This document shows, piece after piece, positions 39,031-47,123 of a DNA stretch of 50,781 nt. The first letter of the stretch is position 1. Every line of letters starts with the position of its first letter. This stretch comes from Bacillota bacterium (GTDB taxonomy: Bacteria > Bacillota > UBA994 > UBA5500): NCBI GenBank assembly GCA_041686915.1, contig JAWLDB010000004.1, positions 1 through 50,781 on the forward strand. The letters run 5' to 3'. The notes beneath the pieces were generated by a model, which did no database searches, was not told the DNA's origin, and saw only the letters and a program-made list of their open reading frames with translations. Both the position numbers and the translations under genes were made by a program.

Positions 39031-39306
39031 ATGCGCTGGTTATTTGCTGATGAGGAAGCTGAACGCAGGGTAATCCACCAAGGCGGTTCGCTTTGGGTCT
39101 GGCTAGCCGAGGATGAAACGTGATGAACGTCAGAACAGCGGCCGTTCGGGTCAACGGCTAAACCGATGCTACCAATAGCGTTCACAGGGTACCCATTGGG
39201 GCGTCACAGCCAAATAATGCTCGACAGCCGCCTGATTGACAGGCAAGTCATACGGACACAACTGCATACTGGGGCCTTTGTGGCAATCAAGAGGGATGAG
39301 AACTGA
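39031..39306 (+). CDS. Putative 91-aa selenoprotein with tandem Sec-Sec (UU), resembling the CC/Se-motif (HesB-like) family
   Basis: GAGGTG RBS, then ATG, 30 codons, TGA-TGA (39121-39126) and 59 more open codons. A SECIS-like hairpin follows the TGAs and a terminator covers the final stop. Confidence 0.7.
39140..39159 (+). promoter_or_regulatory. Bacterial SECIS-like hairpin
   Basis: Stem GGCCGTT/AACGGCT with loop CGGGTC. The loop starts 20 and 23 nt after the second and first UGA. Confidence 0.6.
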
Positions 39307-39325
39307 TGTTCTCATCCCTTTCCTC
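39291..39325 (+). terminator. Intrinsic terminator overlapping the selenoprotein stop
   Basis: AGGGATGAGAAC-TGAT-GTTCTCATCCCT followed by a pyrimidine tail. Confidence 0.75.
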
Positions 39326-39444
39326 ATTTCGGATATGTAGAGTGAAATATTCCCGCATGCAAATCTTTCGGGCAGGTAAAATGCTGGCGGCGTAGAAAAT
39401 ATTAGATTGGCAGGATTTCATGCTGTTAATCGCGGAGGTGTTTT

Positions 39445-41754
39445 ATGACCGACAGCACAGCTGGTTCATCAGGTCATTCCAGGCAGACTAAGACAGATTG
39501 GCCAGACGCTACATATTCTCAGGACATTATTCTCTATGTGCGCTATCCTGACGGGAAGATTTTGCACGCCAATCAGGCGGCTGTTCTGGCTTATGGTTAT
39601 TCACACCATGAACTATTGGGCTTACATATTCATGACTTAAGGGCTCCCGAGACGCATGCGACTATCAGGGCTGAGATAGACCATGCAGCTAGCAAAGGTC
39701 TGCTATTTGAAACGGAGCACCGCAGGAAGGATGGCTCTTGCTTTCCTGTGGAGGTCAGCTCCCATGCAGTCGAGCACCATGGTGCCGAAACCATTTTGCT
39801 CAGTGTGATAAGAGATATTTCCGAGCGCAAACAGACTATTCAGGACCTGTCTTTGCGTCAAAAACGCTTGGAAGCGCTTGTAGAAGCCCGCTCTCAGGAA
39901 CTCGAACGAATGTATGAGCGCCTGCGCCTAGAGATACAGTACCAGGAAGAAATGGAGCGTTTGCTGCAGGCGCGGGAAGAAACATTTCTCCATGCCTTCC
40001 ACAACTCTACTATTGGCAAGGCTCTGCTCTCTGCAACTGGGCAATGCCTGGACGTTAATACAGCAGCTTGCAGAATGCTTGGTTTTTCCCGGGAAGAGAT
40101 ACTTCACATGCAACTGGGCGCAGTTTCTCCTCCGGATGACAGTGCAAGGACACTGGAGTCATTTGGAAAGCTCGCCTCAGGTGAGATTAAGTCGTTCGAT
40201 CTGGAAAAGCGCTACACCCATAAAGATGGTAGGGAAATTTGGGCCTACGCCTGCTTCTCCTCAGTAGGGGATATCAACGGAAGGCCAAAATACATCCTAA
40301 TTGAACTATTGGATATTACCAAACGCAAGGAGACTGAAGCTAGGCTGCGAGAGAGTGAAGAGACGTTTCGCAGCACATTTCACCACGCAGCCATTGGTAT
40401 GGTGGTGGTAAGCTTGGAGGGTCACCCTTTGCATGTTAACCCGGCAATTTGTGACATGCTTGGCTACTCCGAAAACAGTCTAAAGCAGATGCATTTCGTG
40501 GAGTTCACTTTTGAGGATGATGCTCAGATAGACCTGGCGCTGTTTGGACAGCTCACGGCAGGCTCAATACCCTATTATCACATCGAAAAGCGGTATGTTC
40601 ACGCCACTGGCCGTATCGTCTGGGGGCTGCTTGGCATCTCATTGATCCGCGATGACGCTGGCCAACCACTGTTCTGTGTGGCATTGGTACAGGACATCAC
40701 TAAGCGCAAGGCAGCCGAAGCGGAGCTGGCTCATGCTGCCTCTATAGTTGAGACTTCCGACAATGCCATCTACAGCTTGGACATGCACGGCAATGTGCTA
40801 AGCTGGAATCCGGCGGCAGAACGGATGTTTGGCTATGCCGAGGAAGAGATTCGGGGCAAGTCGGTAGGAGTTTTAATCCCAGAAGACAAGCGGGAAGAGT
40901 ATAGACTAGGAGTTGAAAAACTGCTCGAAGGAAGCGTCATCAGGGACCTGGAAACGAAACGTCTGACTAGGGATGGTAGGCTGATAGACGTAAGGTTCAG
41001 CGTTTCCCCAATCAAGAACGACAAGGGAGAAGTCGTTAGCTTCTCGTCCATCGCGCGTGACATAACCAGGCAAAAAGCCCTGGAACGGGAGATTACCCGT
41101 CTGGATCGTCTCGATCTGGTAGCAGAGATGGCAGCCAGCATCAGCCACGAGGTACGCAACCCGATGACAACTGTACGTGGGTATCTGCAGATGCTGGGTT
41201 TCAAGGATGACATGGTTCGCTTCAAGCCGCAGCTCGACTTAATGATCAGCGAGCTGGACAGAATGAACGAGATCATCACTGAGTTCTTATCGCTTGGTAG
41301 GAACAAGGCTACGGAGATGAGATTGGCTGGCTTGAACGATATCATCGACACGTTACATCCGCTGCTACACGCTGATGCTATGCTACAGGGCAAGGGGATC
41401 AAGTTGCGATTGACCCCTGACCTTCCTAAGCTGCTACTCGACCAGAAGGAGATTCGCCAGCTGGTGCTTAATCTGGTGCGCAATGGCATGGAAGCCATGT
41501 CAAGTGGTGGTGAACTAACGATTGCCACCTACCGGGAAGGCAACGAGGTCGTGCTTTCAGTGGAGGACCAGGGCTCCGGCATTCCTGAACAGGTCATGGA
41601 AAAGTTGGCTACGCCTTTCTTTTCGACCAAAGAGAATGGAACCGGACTTGGCCTGTCGATCTGCTTCAGCATTGCCAGGCGGCACAACGCTATCATAGTC
41701 CCTCACTCCGGCCCCTGGGGAACGCGGTTTGATGTCAGGTTTCAACAAATGTAG
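39445..41754 (+). CDS. Cytoplasmic multi-PAS sensor histidine kinase (orphan)
   Basis: Four PAS/PAC repeats, HEVRNPMT, NLVRNGMEAM, DQGSGI and GTGLGL. Confidence 0.94.
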   Translation: MTDSTAGSSGHSRQTKTDWPDATYSQDIILYVRYPDGKILHANQAAVLAYGYSHHELLGLHIHDLRAPETHATIRAEIDHAASKGLLFETEHRRKDGSCFPVEVSSHAVEHHGAETILLSVIRDISERKQTIQDLSLRQKRLEALVEARSQELERMYERLRLEIQYQEEMERLLQAREETFLHAFHNSTIGKALLSATGQCLDVNTAACRMLGFSREEILHMQLGAVSPPDDSARTLESFGKLASGEIKSFDLEKRYTHKDGREIWAYACFSSVGDINGRPKYILIELLDITKRKETEARLRESEETFRSTFHHAAIGMVVVSLEGHPLHVNPAICDMLGYSENSLKQMHFVEFTFEDDAQIDLALFGQLTAGSIPYYHIEKRYVHATGRIVWGLLGISLIRDDAGQPLFCVALVQDITKRKAAEAELAHAASIVETSDNAIYSLDMHGNVLSWNPAAERMFGYAEEEIRGKSVGVLIPEDKREEYRLGVEKLLEGSVIRDLETKRLTRDGRLIDVRFSVSPIKNDKGEVVSFSSIARDITRQKALEREITRLDRLDLVAEMAASISHEVRNPMTTVRGYLQMLGFKDDMVRFKPQLDLMISELDRMNEIITEFLSLGRNKATEMRLAGLNDIIDTLHPLLHADAMLQGKGIKLRLTPDLPKLLLDQKEIRQLVLNLVRNGMEAMSSGGELTIATYREGNEVVLSVEDQGSGIPEQVMEKLATPFFSTKENGTGLGLSICFSIARRHNAIIVPHSGPWGTRFDVRFQQM

Positions 41755-41861
41755 GAAAGAACCAACCCCGGTTTATTCCGGGGTTTTTTCGTGCGAGCAA
41801 TATTTCTCCGATAGAAAGAGAGGAAAGCTGCATTTGCATGAATAATTAGACCATAAGATGC

Positions 41862-44072
41862 ATGTCGGTGCGAAGGGGGATGCCAATGGTAGGGAGCAGA
41901 GAACAGCGGGGGATAGACGAGCTATTGCCAACCATGGATGACCACTTCAGACGCTTTTTTATGGGCGCTGCAGATATGTTAGCCATAATCAGCGTTGGCG
42001 GTCGCTACCTGGAAGTGAACAATGCTTTTGAGGCAGTCTTGGGATACAGTAGACCGGAGATAACTGGTAGTACCGCCGTTGACTTCGTTCACCCTGATGA
42101 TCAGGCGATTGTGGTGGCGAAGATAGAAGGGTTGGTGCGAGGTCAGTGTCCGGAATCGTTGCCCGACATAAGAGTTAGGCATAAGGAGGGACACTACCGC
42201 TGGGTCGCATGGACTGCCAGTCACTGTCTGCCTAAAGGCGAAATCTACGTAGTGATGCGCGATGTCACTGAGCATCGCGAAGACGACGAAAAGCTTCGTT
42301 CGATAGCTCGTCGATTTCACTCATTGCTCCACGACAACCCTCATATGATTGCTCTCTCCTCGCTGGATGGGCGCTACCTGTCAGTTAACGAGGCGTTTCT
42401 ACGCACCCTCGGCTACAGGCAGGAGCAAGTGGTTGGCCGCCGTGCGCCAGAGCTAGGGCTATGGATCAGCCAAGAACATAGACAATCGGTCGTAGAAGAG
42501 CTGCTCAAAGAGGGCGCCGTTAGCGATGTCGAGATGACCCTCAGAACAAGCTCCGGAGAGATCCGATATGGCTTAGGCTCAGCGCGCCTCACCGAGCTTG
42601 ATGGTGAGCAGATCATCTTGAGTATGGTCCTTGACTATACCGAAAGGAAGCGTGCGGAGATGGCGCTGCGCGAGAGTGAGCAGCGTTTGCACAACGTGTT
42701 CGCCTGGGCGCCAATTGGCATGTGCACTATTACACCAGATGGCATTATCTCTGATGCCAATCCAGCGCTCACACGAGTACTCGGCATGTCAGTAGAGGAA
42801 ATCAAGGGCAAGCATATGTTAGACCTGACGTACGAGGCAGATAGGGAATATTGCCAACAACTTTTACATAAAGCACTAAGCGGCCCGGAGGATATTTGCC
42901 GTGCTGAGAAGCGCATGGTCTCTGCCAGCGGTAACGTAGTATGGGGTAGATCCGTCATCTCGGTGGTCCGCGATGCGGCTGGCGTGCCTCAGTTTTTGCT
43001 TTGTATGCTGGAGGACATCACAGCCGAACGAAAAGCAAATCAAGAGATCCAACGTTTGGCCGCCATTGTATCTTCATCAGATGATGCGATAGTTAGCACC
43101 GATTTAGAGAGCCACATCACCAGTTGGAATCCAGCAGCAGAGAGAATGTTTGGATATACTTCAGCAGAGGCCTGTGGAAAGCCAATCGGCATGATCATTC
43201 ATCCCGCATCAAACCAACAAGACCAAATCTGGCAACAACTCCTGCAAGGAGAACATGTCAATCATTTCGAAGCCATTAACCTGCACAAAGACGGGGCAAC
43301 CGTCAACGTGACACTAACTATCTCGCCACTGTTTGACCCCAGTGGCAAAATTATAGGAGCTACATCCATTTGTCGCGACATCACCGGGCGCAAGCAGATG
43401 GAGCAGGAGTTGGCCAGGCTTGACAGACTCAACTTGGTGGGCGAGATGGCCGCAGGCATCAGCCACGAGGTACGCAACCCGATGACAACGGTAAGAGGTT
43501 TTCTGCAACTGATGGGGCAGAAGTCGGAGCTCGCCGGATACAAAGAATATTTCAACCTGATGATCGATGAGCTGGACCGCTGCAATGCCATCATCAGCGA
43601 GTTTCTCTCGCTAGGGTCTGTCAAGGCGGTTGATCTGCGTTCACAGGACCTAAATGATGTTGTGCGTGCTCTCTCTCCTCTGATTGAGGCCGATGCAATG
43701 GTACATGGCAATCAATTGAAACTTGATCTGGGACCACTACCAGCTATTATGCTGGATGAAAAGGAGATCCGGCAGCTAATTCTTAACCTGGTGCGCAACG
43801 GTTACGATGCGATGCCAGGCAATGGTACCCTGACTATTACCACAACAATGGATGAGAGCGAAGTTGTTCTCTCAATCAGAGACGAAGGCAGCGGTATACC
43901 AGATGCCATCAAGGACAAAATAGGCAATCCATTCTTCACTACCAAAGATACGGGAACAGGTCTCGGCCTACCGGTCTGTTACAGCATTGCAGCTCGCCAT
44001 AAGGCACGGATTGACTTTGACAGTTCGGAGCGAGGCACTACCTTTAGAGTGCATTTCCCTGCCATGTATTAG
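41862..44072 (+). CDS. Cytoplasmic multi-PAS sensor histidine kinase (orphan)
   Basis: Four PAS/PAC repeats, HEVRNPMT, NLVRNGYDAM, DEGSGI and GTGLGL. The start may be ATG 41886. Confidence 0.94.
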   Translation: MSVRRGMPMVGSREQRGIDELLPTMDDHFRRFFMGAADMLAIISVGGRYLEVNNAFEAVLGYSRPEITGSTAVDFVHPDDQAIVVAKIEGLVRGQCPESLPDIRVRHKEGHYRWVAWTASHCLPKGEIYVVMRDVTEHREDDEKLRSIARRFHSLLHDNPHMIALSSLDGRYLSVNEAFLRTLGYRQEQVVGRRAPELGLWISQEHRQSVVEELLKEGAVSDVEMTLRTSSGEIRYGLGSARLTELDGEQIILSMVLDYTERKRAEMALRESEQRLHNVFAWAPIGMCTITPDGIISDANPALTRVLGMSVEEIKGKHMLDLTYEADREYCQQLLHKALSGPEDICRAEKRMVSASGNVVWGRSVISVVRDAAGVPQFLLCMLEDITAERKANQEIQRLAAIVSSSDDAIVSTDLESHITSWNPAAERMFGYTSAEACGKPIGMIIHPASNQQDQIWQQLLQGEHVNHFEAINLHKDGATVNVTLTISPLFDPSGKIIGATSICRDITGRKQMEQELARLDRLNLVGEMAAGISHEVRNPMTTVRGFLQLMGQKSELAGYKEYFNLMIDELDRCNAIISEFLSLGSVKAVDLRSQDLNDVVRALSPLIEADAMVHGNQLKLDLGPLPAIMLDEKEIRQLILNLVRNGYDAMPGNGTLTITTTMDESEVVLSIRDEGSGIPDAIKDKIGNPFFTTKDTGTGLGLPVCYSIAARHKARIDFDSSERGTTFRVHFPAMY

Positions 44073-44074
44073 AG

Positions 44075-44104
44075 AAACGCCCCCTGCCGGGGGCGTTTGC
44101 TTTT
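44075..44104. terminator. Bidirectional intrinsic terminator
   Basis: AAACGCCCC / GGGGCGTTT between convergent genes. Confidence 0.75.
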
Positions 44105-44109
44105 CTACT

Positions 44110-45288
44110 CTATAGTAATTTCAGTTCGCGGTGCTTATCGGCAATACTCGCTGCCAGCTGGTCGACCGCTAGCAGGTCATCCTCACGCGGCATGCCTTTA
44201 CATAGCACTGGCTCCAATACCTCTACCTTCAAGTTGGGTATCAGTCCGGTAATCTGGTCTACAACTTTGGTGGCCCAGTTGTAAGAGCCAATTAAGGATG
44301 CAAACCTGGCCTTGGGGCGCAGGGCATTGGCTAAATAAGCTGCGTACACAATGTTTGGGTGCGCGCCGGTCAATACGGTGGACGTGCCGATTACGATTGT
44401 TGCCGCATCCACCAACGCCATCGCCAGATCGCCTATGTCAGTGACCGCCATGTTAAAGGGCTCTACTTTTACACCCTGTTGCACGAGCGCATTGACCAAC
44501 CGCTCAACCATCTCACCGGTACTGCCATGCATCGTGGCGTAGGGGATAATGGCCAGGTTATGCGGCTGATCTGACGACCATTCATGATAAGCGCTCAGGA
44601 TGTGACGAGGCTGGTCGTGAATTGGCCCGTGGCTTGGGGCAATCATCTCAAAGGGCAAGTCCTCAATCTTCTGCAGGTTCTTCTTGATGGTTGTACGGAA
44701 GGGCATCATAATCTCCGCAAAATAGCGTTTGGCTGCCACCCGAACCTCCGGCCTGTTGCCGGTATACATCTCGCTTGTAGCATAGTGTGAGCCCAGGAAG
44801 TCGCAGGTGAACAGTATACGCTCTTCCGGCAGATAGGTGACCATCGTCTCTGGCCAGTGTACCCAAGGAGTATGGATGAACTTGAGCTTGCGGTCGCCAA
44901 GCGAAATCGATTCACCGTCATCAACTGTGATGAAGACATCCTCTGGTAGATGCAACAGGTCAATTAGATACGTCTTGCCTTTCGGCGTAGCGATTACCTT
45001 GGCATCAGGAAACCTATCCAGTACCAACCCGATGGATCCGGAATGGTCTTGCTCAGCGTGGTGTGAAATTATGTAGTCGATCCTCTGCACATCTTCAAGC
45101 TGCGCAAGCAGCACCTTACTCACGCTGGGATCAACTGTGTCCAGTAGAGCCGTCTTCTCACTGCCTTTTACCAGATAAGCATTGTAGCTGGTGCCATCGG
45201 GTAACGGAATTAGCGCATCAAACAGCCGCCGGTCCCAGTCAATAGCCCCCATCAGGTGTATCCCATCACGAATTTTTCTTGGTTGCAT
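44110..45288 (-). CDS. fprA: Flavodiiron protein (A-type flavoprotein, NO/O2 reductase)
   Basis: GTSYNAYL, HAEQDHSG, HWPETM, TCDFLGSH, APSHG and a flavodoxin domain YATMHGST. Start MQPRKI after GGAGG. Confidence 0.93.
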   Translation of the reverse strand: MQPRKIRDGIHLMGAIDWDRRLFDALIPLPDGTSYNAYLVKGSEKTALLDTVDPSVSKVLLAQLEDVQRIDYIISHHAEQDHSGSIGLVLDRFPDAKVIATPKGKTYLIDLLHLPEDVFITVDDGESISLGDRKLKFIHTPWVHWPETMVTYLPEERILFTCDFLGSHYATSEMYTGNRPEVRVAAKRYFAEIMMPFRTTIKKNLQKIEDLPFEMIAPSHGPIHDQPRHILSAYHEWSSDQPHNLAIIPYATMHGSTGEMVERLVNALVQQGVKVEPFNMAVTDIGDLAMALVDAATIVIGTSTVLTGAHPNIVYAAYLANALRPKARFASLIGSYNWATKVVDQITGLIPNLKVEVLEPVLCKGMPREDDLLAVDQLAASIADKHRELKLL

Positions 45289-45375
45289 GTTCAAACCCCC
45301 TCCGGCATAGTCTTCCCAGCCAAGCACCCGAGTAAGCCACCGAAGACAATGGATCGGACATTTCCTATCGTAGTC

Positions 45376-45399
45376 GTAGGGGCAGAACATGTTCTGCCC
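45376..45399 (+). repeat. GTAG-type REP-like palindrome
   Basis: GTAG-GGGCAGAAC-AT-GTTCTGCCC. Confidence 0.85.
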
Positions 45400-45413
45400 A
45401 AACTTGGATGCCT

Positions 45414-45827
45414 CTACAAATCTTTCCGCATGTAATAGCGATGGTAGTCGCCAGGATAATCTTCCAACACCCCGAAAACCCTATAGCCATGCTTCTCGTA
45501 GAAGCCACGTGCCTGAAAGCCAAACGTATCAAGGTGTGCGTGCTTACACCCGCGCTTCTTGGCCTCATCTTCAGCTACCTGCAGCAGCCTGCTGCCCCAG
45601 CCCTGCCCGCGCAGTTCGTCAGGCAGCCAGAACATTCCGCAATGCAGCCAACCCCACTCGGTATGACCCGTGATACCTCCAACTATTTTGCCCTCGTCAT
45701 CCCGCAAGAAGACGGCTAATGGCTGCCAGGTCATTCCGCAATTGGCGACGTTGAACCTGATAATACCCTGTTCGATAATATCTGCTTCACGCTTATCGGG
45801 GTTATTCTCTATGCTGATGTGATACAT
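45414..45827 (-). CDS. GNAT family N-acetyltransferase
   Basis: LRGQGWGSRLL and LDTFGFQARGFYEKHGY. Start MYHISI after GAGGAAGG. Confidence 0.92.
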   Translation of the reverse strand: MYHISIENNPDKREADIIEQGIIRFNVANCGMTWQPLAVFLRDDEGKIVGGITGHTEWGWLHCGMFWLPDELRGQGWGSRLLQVAEDEAKKRGCKHAHLDTFGFQARGFYEKHGYRVFGVLEDYPGDYHRYYMRKDL

Positions 45828-45865
45828 GCTATCCTTCCTCTCAGACGACTTACTCCTGGTTTGAC

Positions 45866-45937
45866 GTAGGGGCAACATGTTCTGCCCGAACATCGCAGCA
45901 ATGTCTGGAACACGTGGGGCAGAATCTCATTGTGCCC
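45866..45937 (+). repeat. Two degenerate GTAG-type REP-like palindromes
   Basis: GTAGGGGCAACATGTTCTGCCC 45866-45887 and GTGGGGCAGAATCTCATTGTGCCC 45914-45937. Confidence 0.75.
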
Positions 45938-45985
45938 TGATGGGCTGAGTTGAACTCAGTTCCCCACAAGGATAGATAAGGCCGG

Positions 45986-46924
45986 TTATGTTGGGCTCTT
46001 CCGTGGGTCGGGCGGAGCGTGTTCCGCTCCTATCGCTAACCCGGCCGATGCGCGGTTGATCAGTATAACCGCGCCAACTATCAGCGCTGCCCCCACAAAC
46101 TGCAAGCCCGTCAGTCGCTCCCCTAACAAGATGCCTGCCAAAATGGCTGTTACCACCGGTTCGCTGGTGCTGATGATGCCAACTTGCGTTGCTTCAATTA
46201 GTCCTAAGCCCGCGTATATGGCCCAAAACGGCATGATGGTCGCGATCAAAACCAGACCGATTAGCAGTAGCCATAGCGACGATGATCCTGGCGACATGGC
46301 TACATACGAACCAGCCAGCAAGAGATAGGTGCTCATGCTCCAGAGCAGAATCCCCGAAGAACTGGCCGCAGGCGGTACATCGTTCAAGTAGCGTTTGACA
46401 GTCAAGATGGAGCCTGCATTCAGTACGGCAGCACCAAAAGCAAAGCCAATTCCTTGGGGGAGGGCAAAGGAACCAGGTTGCCAGGCCACCAGAGCTACCC
46501 CGGCCAATGACAATACCAATCCTAGCGCTTTACCGGGTGACATCCGTTCGCCAAGCAACGGGATGCCTAAGATACTCACGATAATAGGGTAGACGTACAA
46601 ACAGAGGATGACAAGAGGGGCAGAAGCCAGGTTAAGAGCCTGCATCAGCAAATAGACAACCCCGGCGTTGAAGAAGGCGCCAACCACGAACATAGCAAGA
46701 TGCTGGCGCCTGGTTATCTGCCGGCGGCGGATTTCGCGCAGAAAGATTGGCAACAGTACCAGGCCAGCCAGCAGAAAACGCCATACTGTCAGCTGAACGG
46801 GAGTAAAGCCTTGGCGGAAAATGAACTTGACGAAGATGGCTTCCGTGCCATATCCGATGGCAGAGAGCAGCACGAGTAAGGTACCTCTGATTTGGTTTGA
46901 TCGATCAACATGCACATAGCTCAT
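45986..46924 (-). CDS. DMT/EamA family transporter
   Basis: Two EamA repeats (RFLLAG, YPIIV..LGER, EPVVTAILAGILLGERL). Start trimmed to about 46924. Confidence 0.9.
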   Translation of the reverse strand: MSYVHVDRSNQIRGTLLVLLSAIGYGTEAIFVKFIFRQGFTPVQLTVWRFLLAGLVLLPIFLREIRRRQITRRQHLAMFVVGAFFNAGVVYLLMQALNLASAPLVILCLYVYPIIVSILGIPLLGERMSPGKALGLVLSLAGVALVAWQPGSFALPQGIGFAFGAAVLNAGSILTVKRYLNDVPPAASSSGILLWSMSTYLLLAGSYVAMSPGSSSLWLLLIGLVLIATIMPFWAIYAGLGLIEATQVGIISTSEPVVTAILAGILLGERLTGLQFVGAALIVGAVILINRASAGLAIGAEHAPPDPRKSPT

Positions 46925-47123
46925 TCCTTTCGACTCAGTCAAATTCGCCTCGATGGAGACAAATCCTTCCCGGCCTGATGTAAGGATACGAGGGGACGTC
47001 GGACCAAAATATAGGGATAGGGAAAGAATTTTGAAGTTCGAAAATTTTGCTGCGCAACCGACAGGAGTAAATATGGCGGCGGCGAAGTTATCTGAGTCAC
47101 CAATGTACGGGAGGTAATCTTCC

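Noticed and set aside
38880-39185. N-terminal 102-aa extension of the Cof hydrolase ORF in the track
   Set aside because: The HAD motif I follows a strong RBS and ATG at 38879. The extension is low-complexity antisense to the putative selenoprotein gene and its promoter.
41821-41845. SigH-like promoter before the third kinase (and at about 10988-11010, minus strand)
   Set aside because: The spacer is only 15 nt, outside the 17-18 nt seen in the other matches, so it was not counted.
45289-45390. N-terminal extension of fprA in the track (and likewise 45828-45893 of the GNAT)
   Set aside because: These upstream ATGs come from the CATG centre of the REP-like palindromes; RBS-supported starts are at 45288 and 45827.
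45385-45394. GAACATGTTC as a LexA box (also at about 30774)
   Set aside because: The spacer is 2 nt rather than 4; it is the centre of the REP-like hairpin.
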